Source: an uncultured Solirubrobacterales bacterium
Lineage (GTDB): Bacteria; Actinomycetota; Thermoleophilia; Solirubrobacterales; Solirubrobacteraceae
DNA: 64,000 nucleotides
NCBI GenBank assembly: GCA_963815725.1
Contig: CAWFHW010000009.1
Location: 103,256-167,255, forward strand
Direction: 5' to 3'
Part shown: positions 45,546 to 55,254 of the stretch, in pieces
Layout: each line of letters begins with the position of its first letter
How positions within the stretch are numbered: the first letter of the stretch is position 1
Program-made: the position numbers and the translations under genes
Notes under the pieces: generated by a model
The model's database searches: none
Told to the model about the DNA's origin: nothing
What the model saw: only the letters and a program-made list of their open reading frames with translations

Positions 45546-46472
45546 TCAGACTTTTTTGAGGGTCGCGACCGTCACGTGGGGCCAGCTCAGCCCATTGAAT
45601 ACGAGTTGTACCGTCTGGGTGTACTGGAGCTGAAGGATGTCGGGGCCCCCGTTTGGATCGGCGACCGTCTCGATCCAGAAGATCGCTTCGACCTCGGCAG
45701 CCGTCGCGTTGCCCCCCGGAGGATTGGCAGTCCCTTCCAGGAACGCCGTGTTTGCTGTGCCGCCGCCGGGCACCGGCTGGTGCTTGGTCGAGACGATCAG
45801 CACCGTCGTGCTCTTGATGTTCTGGCCTTCGATGGCTTTGACGAGCACGCTGTTCGGGTTTTCGACCATCCCCTCGGTCACGCCGGCGGACGCCTGGCGA
45901 AAGTCGCTCGCGACCCCGAGATTGAGCTCCGTGAATGTCGCCTCGGCTTCCGCGAACGAGGGGGCGTTCTGCCCTGGCGCGAAGGGGATGATGTTGTTAT
46001 CGGCGATGCGCGGACCGCCCTGGACCGTGAGGAACTCTCCCTGGGCAAGGATCGTCGTGCCGTGCGGGATCGAGGCCATCCGCACCACCGTCGCGGGAAC
46101 CTGCGGGTCGGTCGTCGGCGGGACGTGCGCCCAGATGCCCGGCTCGATGTGCAGGCCTTCCACCGGGTCGACCCCTTCGATGTGCTGCATGTAGGTGAGG
46201 CCGAGCATGTTGATGTCGGGCATCAGCAGCCCGCGGTTTGGGATTACGCCAGGGATCTCCGTGAATTCGAGCGTCTCGGACGTGAGGTTGAGCTCGAGGA
46301 AACGATCATGACCTTCGGCGAGCTGATGCGGTCGCCAGATGGTGTTGAAGCCGCTACCCTCCCACTTTCCGACCAGCTGTGCCAGTGGGCCGAGGTCAAG
46401 GACGCGGTCGGCTGCTTGTGTCTCGACGGCTTTGAATGCGAAGCCGGGTTCGGTCTGCGGACTGATGGGCAC
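45546..46472 (-). CDS. hypothetical protein, possibly nitrobindin/THAP4-like heme-binding beta-barrel family
   Basis: Start set at GTG 46472, preceded by AAGGAGGG. Motif LAQLVGKWEGSGFNTIWRP...FLELNLTSETLEFTEI...GLHIEPGIW resembles the lipocalin-like nitrobindin fold. The functional call is weak. Confidence 0.65.
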   Translation of the reverse strand: MPISPQTEPGFAFKAVETQAADRVLDLGPLAQLVGKWEGSGFNTIWRPHQLAEGHDRFLELNLTSETLEFTEIPGVIPNRGLLMPDINMLGLTYMQHIEGVDPVEGLHIEPGIWAHVPPTTDPQVPATVVRMASIPHGTTILAQGEFLTVQGGPRIADNNIIPFAPGQNAPSFAEAEATFTELNLGVASDFRQASAGVTEGMVENPNSVLVKAIEGQNIKSTTVLIVSTKHQPVPGGGTANTAFLEGTANPPGGNATAAEVEAIFWIETVADPNGGPDILQLQYTQTVQLVFNGLSWPHVTVATLKKV

Positions 46473-46807
46473 CTGCGCCCTCCTTCTTTTTCGGATGTGC
46501 TCTCGAGCTTTGGAAACCCCGCCCGGGCGCCGTGCCGTTGATTGCGCGCGCGCCCGCAAGCCGATAACCGCGGGACGCACAGGCTAGCTCGCCATCCGGG
46601 CTCGGTCAACAGAGTTTGCATTATCGCAACAACTCGGATGGCTCGCGCTGAACACATCGAGACATCCTGTTGCTTTCGGTCCGGTCCCCAAACGCGTACG
46701 ATGTAGTGGCTCGTATTCTGACGGTAGTCGGAATCCTGGCCTTCTTCCTGTCCGATGCCATAAAACGGTAGGATTCCGAAAGCTATGCGACCCCGGCGAG
46801 CGATCAC

Positions 46808-48568
46808 ATGAAGACGATCCCGCCCCCAGGCGGCGCTCCGGAGCACTTCGACGCGGTGATCGTCGGCTCGGGCTTCGGCGGCTCGGTCACCGCCGCGCGC
46901 CTGGCGGAGGCCGGCTGGCGGGTGTGCGTGCTCGAGCGCGGCAAGGCCTACCCGCCGACCACCTTCCCGCGCACGCCGCTTGAGATGAAGCGCAATTTCT
47001 GGGACCCGAGCGCGGGTATGCACGGGATGTTCGACGTGTGGCACTTCAAAGGGATCGACGCGATCTGCGCGAGCGGCCTCGGCGGCGGCTCGCTGATCTA
47101 CGCGAACGTGTTCCTGCGCAAGGACGAAGAGTGGTTCGTCAAAGAAGACCTAGCCAACGGCGGCTATGAGAACTGGCCGGTGACGCGCAAGGAACTCGAT
47201 CCGCACTACGACGAGGTCGAACGGCGGATCGGTGTGCAGCGTTTCCCATTCGAGCATTCCCCGTACGACCGCACGCTGAAGACGATCGCCTATCGCGACG
47301 CCGCGCAGCGCCTGAAGCTCGACTGGTCGCTGCCGCCGCTCGCCGTCACGTTCGCCAACGAGGGGATGCCGCCTGTACCGGGCGAACCGATCGAGGAGGA
47401 GGAGCCCAACCTCCACGGGCGCGCCCGGCTCACCTGTCAGCTGTGCGGCGAGTGCGACATCGGCTGCAACTACGGCTCCAAGAACACGCTCGACTACACC
47501 TACCTGTCCCAGGCATCGCGCGCCAAAGCCGAGTTGCGCACGCTTTGCGAGGTCCGCGCCTTCACGCCGAGGGAGGGCGGCGGGTACCAGGTCGACTACG
47601 TGTTTCGCGATCTCGCCGCCGAGGGCGAGCCGACCGGCACCGGCATGCCGTCTCGCCACACGCTCACCTGCGATCACCTGATCCTGTCCGCCGGCACGCT
47701 CGGCACGACCTGGCTGCTGCTGCGCAACAAGGACGCGCTGCCGGGGCTCTCCGACCAGCTCGGGAAGGGCTTCTCCGGCAACGGCGACCTGCTCACGTTC
47801 GCGCTCTGCTGCAAACGCGAAGATCGCCTGCCGCGCGAAATCGATCCCTCCCACGGTCCGGTGATCACCAGCGCGATCCGCATGTCCGACACGCTCGAAG
47901 GGGGCGACGGGCGCGGCTTCTATCTGGAGGACGCCGGCTATCCGGCGTTCGGGAGCTGGGCCATGCAGATGCTCGAGGGGCCGGAGGCGATCCTGAAGGA
48001 CGTTCCGCGCCTGCTGCACCACGTATGGAACTTCCTGCACGGCCGCCACCACAGCGAGATCGGCGGGCTGCTCTCGACACTGCTCGGCGACACCGAGCTG
48101 GCCTCGGGCGCGCTGCCGCTGCTCGGCATGGGCCGCGACATCCCCGACGGGAAGATGTCGCTCGAAAAGGAAGGGCTCTTGGAAGTCGACTTCGACAAGG
48201 ACGGCGCCTCCAAGGCGTACTTCGACCGTGTGCGCGACCTCTCTCGAAAGATCGCCGACGAGCTGGGGGGCGACTTCGTCGAGAACCCGATGTGGTACGA
48301 GGACCGCGTGATCACCGTCCACGCGCTGGGCGGCTGCCGCATGGGCAACTCCGAGCGCGAGGGCGTGGTCGACTCGCATGGCCGTGTGTTCGGCCACCCC
48401 GGCCTGCACGTCGCCGACGGCTCGGTGATGCCGGGCCCCGTGGGCCCGAACCCATCGCTGACGATCGCCGCGCTTGCCGATCGCTTCGCCGAGCAGATCA
48501 TCGAAGAACGGCCGCGGCGGGCGCGGGCATCCGCCGGGCCCGCGGCCGCCGAGCCATCGTCCTCCTGA
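46808..48568 (+). CDS. GMC-family FAD oxidoreductase (cholesterol-oxidase-like)
   Basis: FDAVIVGSGFGGSVTAARLAEAGWRVCVLERG and C-terminal HALGGCRMG...GLHVADGSVMPGPVGPNPSLTIAALA. Confidence 0.85.
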   Translation: MKTIPPPGGAPEHFDAVIVGSGFGGSVTAARLAEAGWRVCVLERGKAYPPTTFPRTPLEMKRNFWDPSAGMHGMFDVWHFKGIDAICASGLGGGSLIYANVFLRKDEEWFVKEDLANGGYENWPVTRKELDPHYDEVERRIGVQRFPFEHSPYDRTLKTIAYRDAAQRLKLDWSLPPLAVTFANEGMPPVPGEPIEEEEPNLHGRARLTCQLCGECDIGCNYGSKNTLDYTYLSQASRAKAELRTLCEVRAFTPREGGGYQVDYVFRDLAAEGEPTGTGMPSRHTLTCDHLILSAGTLGTTWLLLRNKDALPGLSDQLGKGFSGNGDLLTFALCCKREDRLPREIDPSHGPVITSAIRMSDTLEGGDGRGFYLEDAGYPAFGSWAMQMLEGPEAILKDVPRLLHHVWNFLHGRHHSEIGGLLSTLLGDTELASGALPLLGMGRDIPDGKMSLEKEGLLEVDFDKDGASKAYFDRVRDLSRKIADELGGDFVENPMWYEDRVITVHALGGCRMGNSEREGVVDSHGRVFGHPGLHVADGSVMPGPVGPNPSLTIAALADRFAEQIIEERPRRARASAGPAAAEPSSS

Positions 48569-48597
48569 CGATCGGCTCGGGCCGGCGGGCTCCCCCC

Positions 48598-49959
48598 TCA
48601 GGCGATCGTCTCGGAGCGCGAGGTAGTGCCCTGTTCGTCGCGGTAGCGCACCTCGATGCGCTCGCCGGCGAGGTCGAGGATCGCGCAGCCGAAGCGCCCC
48701 CAGTGGTCGCCTCGGTATTTCACGAAGGCGCGTTCCTCCCACAGACCAGGGGGGTCGATCGGCACGTCGGGGCCGTGGCTGAGGACCGGCACGCCGCCGT
48801 GCCCGATGCAGCGCGGCGTCTGCACTTCGAGGCTCGGCTGAAAGCCCATGCAGCGGTGCTCGTGACCCCACAGCCAGGCGGTGACGCGCCCGCCGTCGAG
48901 CACCGGGCCGAGCTTTTCGACGAGCTTGGGGCCGAGGTCCTCGGTGTCGTAGACCGACACGGGCTGGTGGTGGGTGAGCAGCATCAGCCGGCGATCCGAT
49001 TCGCGGGCCACCTCGGTGGCGTACCTGGCCTGGGGATCCTCGAGCACGCCCACGAAGCCCATCGACAGCACTTCGGGGTCCCAGGAGGTGTCGAGGCCCA
49101 ACAGATCCCAACGCGGCGAGCGCAGGCGGAAGAAGCTCGTGGGCTTGCCGTCCCGGCAGCGCTGCGCGGCGAAGCGAGGGTCGCCGAGCAGCGTTTCGAA
49201 ATAGCCGAAGCCGCCGCCGTACATGTCGTGGTTGCCGTTCAGCGACCACGAGGTGACGCCCGCGGCGGCCTGCTCGGCGGTGACCGGCCACATGCCCGGG
49301 GCGAGCACGTGACGGCTCACCTCCTCCTCGGTCCCCGAGTAGTAGATGTCGCCGAGATGCACCACGTGGGCCTGGCGGCCCTCGGCGAGCGCCCGGGCGA
49401 CCTCTTCGGCCATCACCTTCGCCAGCCGCCGCGCGCGCGGCAGGCCGGTGCCCCAGTCGCCGACGATCACAACGCGCGCGTCTTCGGCGATCTCGTGCTC
49501 GGCGGGCGCCGGGTTGAACGGGTGGTTGCCCTTGGCGATGCGGTCGAGCACCGCGGCGGCCACGTCGATGATCCAATCGACGTCGTCGGGTCCGAAGCGC
49601 ACGGGGTGCAGTATTTCCCGCAGCAGATGGATGAGCCATTGCAGCGGATTGCGCGCGGCGGGCGCCTCCTCGGGCACGCCGCGTTCGCGCAGCTTGGCCT
49701 CGAGCGTGCTCTGCAGCAGGCTGTGGATCGGGTCGCGCGCGAGGTAGGGGGCTCCCTTCGCGGCCCGGCCGCCGGAGGAGGCGAGCGCATCCCGCAGCGG
49801 CGGCAATGCTTCCTCCAGCTGTGCGGCCGGGGCGCCCTCGCCCGGGATCGCCGCCGCCGCGCGGGCGACCGAGTCCCGCAGCTGGGGCGCCGCCAGTTGG
49901 CCGCGCAACGCCTCGACGTAGGCAGCCAACTGGCGGCGGTCGGCAACCTGGTCGATCAC
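48598..49959 (-). CDS. calcineurin-like metallophosphoesterase
   Basis: VVIVGDWGTG, VVHLGDIYYSG, LNGNHDMY, LLTHHQ and WGHEHR motifs. GTG start overlaps by 1 nt the stop of the upstream FAD oxidase gene. Confidence 0.8.
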   Translation of the reverse strand: MIDQVADRRQLAAYVEALRGQLAAPQLRDSVARAAAAIPGEGAPAAQLEEALPPLRDALASSGGRAAKGAPYLARDPIHSLLQSTLEAKLRERGVPEEAPAARNPLQWLIHLLREILHPVRFGPDDVDWIIDVAAAVLDRIAKGNHPFNPAPAEHEIAEDARVVIVGDWGTGLPRARRLAKVMAEEVARALAEGRQAHVVHLGDIYYSGTEEEVSRHVLAPGMWPVTAEQAAAGVTSWSLNGNHDMYGGGFGYFETLLGDPRFAAQRCRDGKPTSFFRLRSPRWDLLGLDTSWDPEVLSMGFVGVLEDPQARYATEVARESDRRLMLLTHHQPVSVYDTEDLGPKLVEKLGPVLDGGRVTAWLWGHEHRCMGFQPSLEVQTPRCIGHGGVPVLSHGPDVPIDPPGLWEERAFVKYRGDHWGRFGCAILDLAGERIEVRYRDEQGTTSRSETIA

Positions 49960-51500
49960 TACGCCAGCCCGGCTTCTACCGCGGCATCGGAGGCGAACGC
50001 CTTCATCAGCGCTTCGTCGCCGCCGAACACGGTCCTCCGGGCGGCCTTCCAGCTTGCGATCCGGTCGGCTCCGTACATGTACTCGAGCTTGGCGGGATCG
50101 ATCCCGGAGTTCTTCGACCAGTGCATGGTGTATCTGATGCCGGCCGCGCGAAAGGCTTCGTCCAGGCGGCGCTCGAACTTCGGGAACCTGTCGTCGTTGA
50201 TCTGGCCGACCTCGAACACGGCCGTCCGCGGCTCGTGCCGAGTGAAGCCGAGCGTCGCCTCCGAGGCACCCACGAGCCGTACCTGACTGATCGACGGCAG
50301 CCCGATGTCGCGGGCGACCCGCGAGACGATGTCGATCGTCGCGGGCGCGTCGGCTATGGCGACCGCGAAGGCGCTCTCGGTGTAGCCTTCCAGGTAGTAG
50401 ATCGAGGAGGTGTACAGCTGGCCGGGCGTACCGCGAACCTGGTTGAGCAGGGCGTACTTGCGGTACTGCCCGAACTCGATTTTGGTGACGAGGCTCGGTG
50501 GCAGCAGGCGCAGCAGCCAGGCGAGGTTCAGGACGTTGTCACCGGGGGCGTAGCCGAGCTTGTCGCGTATGATCCACCGCGGCTTGGGCGTGTGAATCCC
50601 CGGCTCGAATGGCACCTTCGGCGCGCTCGCCACCATCGCCGGCCGCTTGCGGCTCTGTGGATCGAAGATGAACTCGTAGTGGTAGACGTCGGCTGGCTCC
50701 GGGCTCGCGAACTTGAGTAGCTGGGTCTTCAGGTCGTCGTGGCTGAGGTCGACGATCGCCGGGAACGCGAGCTGGTAGATCGGCGCGGTTTCCACCGCCA
50801 CCGCGGCGATTATCCCGAACGTCCCGAAGCTCACGACGGCCGCGTTGAAGACGTCGTCGTCGCGGATCACGTCGGCCCCGATCTGGTCGGCGAACTCCTC
50901 GGTGAGCACCGGCCTCGATGCCTTCTCGATCCACAGCGTCCGTCCCCTGCCGGTGGCGAGGTGCAGGCCGACGACGAAGTCCGGCATCGCCCCGAAATTG
51001 AGCTGCGAGCCGTGCGTGTTGCCGGACACGGCGCCGGCGATCGTCTGTCCGTTGCCGATCCCGGCGGCCTTGATCGAGCGCCTCTCGCTGTCGTCTGGCG
51101 GCGCTAGCTCCAGGAACGCGTTCAGCTCGGCGATCTGCATTCCCGCCTGCGCCAGCACGACGTACCGCCGCTCCGCGACCGGGTAGCTGTCGTCGAAGTA
51201 GCGCTCGCCGATGTCATAGCAGCCGTTGAGAAGCTTCGTGTTGACAAGCCGGCCGTCGGTGATGTTGATCTTCGACAGCGCCCACCCCGACCCGATCGCG
51301 AGCACTCGCTTTTCTGCGTCCCGTGCTTGGCGGATGATCTCATCGAGGCTCTCGCCGGCCTGGCGGAACATGTCGAACCCGGTGAGCAGCTTCCCGTTGG
51401 GGCCAACGTTGTCGATGTCGAAGAGCTCTTCGACCATCGTCCTGTGCGTGACGTGGACGCCGTTCCAAGCCTGGCGCCCCTGATCGTCGGGGTGGATCAT
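49959..51500 (-). CDS. FAD-binding (PCMH/FAD_binding_4 type) oxidase, sugar-lactone-oxidase-like
   Basis: 513-aa ORF. RVLAIGSGWALSKINITDG at the position of the FAD-binding GSGHS-type motif. The call is family level only. Confidence 0.7.
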   Translation of the reverse strand: MIHPDDQGRQAWNGVHVTHRTMVEELFDIDNVGPNGKLLTGFDMFRQAGESLDEIIRQARDAEKRVLAIGSGWALSKINITDGRLVNTKLLNGCYDIGERYFDDSYPVAERRYVVLAQAGMQIAELNAFLELAPPDDSERRSIKAAGIGNGQTIAGAVSGNTHGSQLNFGAMPDFVVGLHLATGRGRTLWIEKASRPVLTEEFADQIGADVIRDDDVFNAAVVSFGTFGIIAAVAVETAPIYQLAFPAIVDLSHDDLKTQLLKFASPEPADVYHYEFIFDPQSRKRPAMVASAPKVPFEPGIHTPKPRWIIRDKLGYAPGDNVLNLAWLLRLLPPSLVTKIEFGQYRKYALLNQVRGTPGQLYTSSIYYLEGYTESAFAVAIADAPATIDIVSRVARDIGLPSISQVRLVGASEATLGFTRHEPRTAVFEVGQINDDRFPKFERRLDEAFRAAGIRYTMHWSKNSGIDPAKLEYMYGADRIASWKAARRTVFGGDEALMKAFASDAAVEAGLA

Positions 51501-51504
51501 CGCC

Positions 51505-51816
51505 TCAGTCCAGCGTGCCCGACTGGGATGTCGGGCGGCAGCAACGCCAGCTGATCTGCGTCGGCGCCCAGAGGCCGAGGGTGAGCGCGGTCACGAGCAT
51601 CTGCCCCCGGGTGTGCCCAATTCGGATCTCCTCGATGCCCAGCCGCTGGCCGTTGGCGAGCCGGCAGTTCGTGATCGGCAGATCCTGACGAATCAGGCCC
51701 CATAGGAAGCTGTGAAGGACCCGCGTCTTCCACTCCGTGCCGGGCATGTTCTGCGGTTGGGAGTCTCCCAGCCCAAGATCCTGGTAGACGTGGAGCGTCG
51801 CCATTCGCCCGGCCAT
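51505..51816 (-). CDS. small hypothetical protein
   Basis: 103-aa ORF ending 4 nt before the FAD oxidase start. Its composition is more protein-like than the overlapping 51497..51733 frame. No clear RBS. Confidence 0.4.
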   Translation of the reverse strand: MAGRMATLHVYQDLGLGDSQPQNMPGTEWKTRVLHSFLWGLIRQDLPITNCRLANGQRLGIEEIRIGHTRGQMLVTALTLGLWAPTQISWRCCRPTSQSGTLD

Positions 51817-51964
51817 GGCGAGACTCTATCAGAGAAGATCAGCAGAGTCGTCGTGAACAAATAGATAAAACTGACACCAAAATCCGGCACCGAGTGGTCA
51901 CCGGGTGCGCACTCGTAGCGCGGCGGGCGACGGCGGCGGGACGGCACGCCCGCGAGGGTGGAGA

Positions 51965-52657
51965 TCAAGCGGTCGCCGCCGCGGTCGCCCCTCGGCGAGA
52001 GCGACTCCCCCTCTGCCCGTTCTCCTGGCTGCTTTCAATCGTCTGGTGCAGCGCCGTGGTGTGCTCTTCGTCGAGCTCGGCCGAGAACTTGATGATCTCC
52101 ACCGGGTTCACGTACACGGCCAGGGTGTTGTTCTGGGCCTTGAACCCCTGCATGTCGGCCTGGCCGCGAAGCCCTATTCCGGTCCCCTCACCGGAGGTGG
52201 ACCAGTTGGTGGAACCCTCCCAGGCCACCACCCCGTCGATCGTGCCCCCCTTGGTGTGGCTGATCTGGTGCGTCGCCGACTCGCCGATGGCGAAACTCGC
52301 CCGCATTTCCGGCTTCCAGTGTTCGAGTATCGCCTTCTCGTGCACTCCCCCGGACTGGCTCTTGTCCAGGGTGCCCTGCACGAAGACGTGTTCGTCGACG
52401 ACGAGCTGTTCGATGATCCCGTTCAGTTCGTCGTCGTCGTAGCCGAACATGTTCATCTTGAGCATTCGCGAGCTTCGCGAAAGCAGATGCTTGAGGACCC
52501 CGTGCACATCGTCTCTGCCCACATAGAAGGCGCGGAAGTCGGGGCTGTCGCCTTCGGCAAAGGCGCCCTCGCGCGTGTACTGCGCGAGATCCTCGAGGGT
52601 GAACCCCTGGAGTGTCTGCTTCGGGTCACTGGCAACGGCAAGAAACGCACCGCTCAT
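51965..52657 (-). CDS. single-HKD phospholipase D superfamily protein (Nuc-like nuclease type)
   Basis: HxKxxxxD in QISHTKGGTIDGVVAWEGSTNWSTSG, with the GS-x-N motif just after. Small size typical of Nuc/BfiI-type dimers. Lower-GC surroundings. Confidence 0.75.
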   Translation of the reverse strand: MSGAFLAVASDPKQTLQGFTLEDLAQYTREGAFAEGDSPDFRAFYVGRDDVHGVLKHLLSRSSRMLKMNMFGYDDDELNGIIEQLVVDEHVFVQGTLDKSQSGGVHEKAILEHWKPEMRASFAIGESATHQISHTKGGTIDGVVAWEGSTNWSTSGEGTGIGLRGQADMQGFKAQNNTLAVYVNPVEIIKFSAELDEEHTTALHQTIESSQENGQRGSRSRRGATAAATA

Positions 52658-52793
52658 CTATAGGCTCCTTCCTCTCGCGCCTGTCGTCAAGTCGAGCTTC
52701 CGGCGGCACGTGACACTATCATAACTATCCGCCTAGTTCCGAATGAAGCGATTTGTCACATTACCCTCGGCCTTGAGGTGATAGCCGACGCGC

Positions 52794-55172
52794 ATGGCCC
52801 GCCGAATTGACATATCCGAGCTGCTCCAGCTTACGGTTCTCTCTTTTGCACTGGCCGTGTACGTGTACGCCATCGGCTGGGCGCTGACCTGGGTGCGACT
52901 GGCGGCCGCCAACCTGCCCGTCGCCGCCACGTTGCCCCAGATCGACGGCCAGGTGGTGTTCGCGACGGGCGTCCGCGCGATGCTGGTGATGGCGATCGTG
53001 TTCGCCGCGATGTGCATCGTCGCGTACGCCGTCTACGTGCGTCGCTGGGACGACCATGCGGCCGAATGGACGGAAATCGTCGAAACCGACCGCCTCACCG
53101 CTCACGAGAGGTTTCTCGAGAGCAGGCCTTCGAAGGCTGCCCCTCGGCCGCGATCGGCGTGGCCGCGGGTGAAAGTCAAGCCGACCGCGCAAGAGCGGAT
53201 CGTGCGGGTGATCGCGGGCTTCAACGTGGGCGTTCTGGCGGCGGCGATCGGCCTGGTGGGCGGGCGCTTTCTGCGGACGCTGATCGACGACTGGCAGCCC
53301 GGCCACTGGTGGGCGCTGCTCGCTCCGTGGGCGCTGTGTACCGTGATCGCGGCGTTGGCGCTGACTCGGGCGAACCCGGCGAAGGGCGGCCGCTTCATGC
53401 ACGGCCTGCTGTGGCTGTTCGTTATCGGTGTCGCAATATTCAGCTCGGCGCCGGTCGGCCTGCTGATGCTCACCTGGGCCGGGATCGGCACCTTCGGGCG
53501 CTGGTACGGCAGCCGGCCGCTGCCGGGGTCGGTCTCCGAGTTCCTGCGCTCGCCCCTACCCTGGCTGCTGCTGAGCGTATATGCCCTCGTGGCCCTCGCC
53601 TACTCGGCCATGCCACCCGTGAGCTTCCCCCAGGTGGTGGTGCGCACCACCACCGACGGCGAAGTGATCGGTGGATACCTGGCTCGCACCAGCTCAGGCG
53701 TATACCTGGCATCGTGCACGCCGCTGGCCGACGCCACCTCCGCCGCCGGCAAGGTCCGCTTCGTGCCCGCCGCGGCGATCGAGTCGGTGTCCGCCGACAG
53801 CACCGAGTTCACACTCGACAACGGCTCCCGCCCATCGCTGCCCACGCTGCTCCTAAGCACGCTCGGCATCGAAGCCCATACATCCACCTGGCTGAGGCCG
53901 GAGCTGCGGGAAACGCGGGCTCCCTGCGCCGGGCTGCCCGCACCACGCCCGCGCGGCGGCATCGAAGACCCGCGGCTGGGAGTCTCGGTGTTCGCGGGCG
54001 CCCCGCAACCGAACGGATCGGCCCAGGACGGCGAAGCCCCGATCGGCCAGACCACGCCCCAGCTCGCGGCGCTGGCACGTCGCTTTCAGCCGACCGTGTT
54101 GGTGAGCATCGCCGACCCATTCTGGCCCGTCTCGGTGAACGCGGCGCTCCACGGCCTCGGCGCGGGCGGCCGGGGAACGTGCGTGTACCGCAAGAGCAGA
54201 GGCTGCGTGACCGAACATCCCACGGCCGCCGATCTGGCGCCTCCGGGCAGCGCCGACGACTACCTGCGATTCCCCTCCAAGAAGGCATTGCCGTGGTTTC
54301 CTCCCGAACAGCTGGAAGCCTTCCTGCGCGGGCAACGCGGACTGGGCAGCCCTATCCCTTCGCGACGCGAATGGCTCACGAGTCCCGGCATCCTGGACCC
54401 GTGGGCGAGCGCCCAGGTCTACTTCTTCTATGCGGGTCGTACCGAACCGGCGCACTGGCCCGCACACCCAGCCGTCGGACAGGAGATCGAACCGGGGCTC
54501 GTGGGTCTGCAGTACTGGTTCTTCTACCCCTACAACTACTACCCCACCGTCGTCAAGCGGTCGCTCATGGCCGACGCGCCCATCGCCGCGGATGTGGTCA
54601 ACACCGACCTGCACCAGGGCGACTGGGAGCACGTGACGGTGCTCGTCAACCCTCGGACCGGCCGGCCTCGCTGGCTGTATACGGCCCGCCACAGCAACGA
54701 GGGGGAATACCTGCCCTGGAACAGCCCTCGGCTCACCTTCGACGAAGGCCACCCCGTCGTGCAGGCCGCGATCGGTGGGCACCCCACCTATCCCGCTGGC
54801 TGCGGTCCACGTCTCCGCTACGCCAACGGGTTGAAAGGACTGGCCAGCGACTGGCTGGTCTGCGGCCCGGGCAGATTCGCCTTCCGCGCCAGCAGCACCC
54901 CTCTCGTGGACATCGCCCGCACACCTTGGGCGTGTTGGAAGGGGCACTTCGGGTTCGCACCACACGGCATTGCGCCGGCGAGCACGAACGAGAGCCAGGT
55001 GCAGCTCCTCAAAGATAAGTACTTCGAAGTGGCTGGACCCCGATCGCCGCTGTGGCAGGCGGAGAACGGGCACCTGCTGGCAGCCGGCGAACCCGGAGCC
55101 GACTCCGGTGTCTGCCTGCGCGATCCGCGAGCACTCGAGCGCCAGGCCGTCCGCGAAGGCATCGGCGGGTGA
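52794..55172 (+). CDS. large membrane protein (about 7 TM) with C-terminal Vps62/DUF946-like domain
   Basis: N-terminal 270 aa carry hydrophobic helices. C-terminal GLVGLQYWFFYPYNYYP...DLHQGDWEHVTVLVNP resembles the Vps62 signature as I recall it. Confidence 0.7.
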   Translation: MARRIDISELLQLTVLSFALAVYVYAIGWALTWVRLAAANLPVAATLPQIDGQVVFATGVRAMLVMAIVFAAMCIVAYAVYVRRWDDHAAEWTEIVETDRLTAHERFLESRPSKAAPRPRSAWPRVKVKPTAQERIVRVIAGFNVGVLAAAIGLVGGRFLRTLIDDWQPGHWWALLAPWALCTVIAALALTRANPAKGGRFMHGLLWLFVIGVAIFSSAPVGLLMLTWAGIGTFGRWYGSRPLPGSVSEFLRSPLPWLLLSVYALVALAYSAMPPVSFPQVVVRTTTDGEVIGGYLARTSSGVYLASCTPLADATSAAGKVRFVPAAAIESVSADSTEFTLDNGSRPSLPTLLLSTLGIEAHTSTWLRPELRETRAPCAGLPAPRPRGGIEDPRLGVSVFAGAPQPNGSAQDGEAPIGQTTPQLAALARRFQPTVLVSIADPFWPVSVNAALHGLGAGGRGTCVYRKSRGCVTEHPTAADLAPPGSADDYLRFPSKKALPWFPPEQLEAFLRGQRGLGSPIPSRREWLTSPGILDPWASAQVYFFYAGRTEPAHWPAHPAVGQEIEPGLVGLQYWFFYPYNYYPTVVKRSLMADAPIAADVVNTDLHQGDWEHVTVLVNPRTGRPRWLYTARHSNEGEYLPWNSPRLTFDEGHPVVQAAIGGHPTYPAGCGPRLRYANGLKGLASDWLVCGPGRFAFRASSTPLVDIARTPWACWKGHFGFAPHGIAPASTNESQVQLLKDKYFEVAGPRSPLWQAENGHLLAAGEPGADSGVCLRDPRALERQAVREGIGG

Positions 55173-55254
55173 CGTCCGTGTCGTCGACCGCGGCCTCGCG
55201 GACGTGGCGCATGCGCCACGTCCTTTTCGTGCCACCCGTGGCAGCACTCGCCTG

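Noticed and set aside
47150-50286. 829-aa (minus) and 947-aa (plus) ORFs overlapping the GMC oxidase, metallophosphoesterase and FAD oxidase genes
   Set aside because: Both are shadow frames of genes with clear family motifs. They are extremely arginine/proline/glycine-rich.
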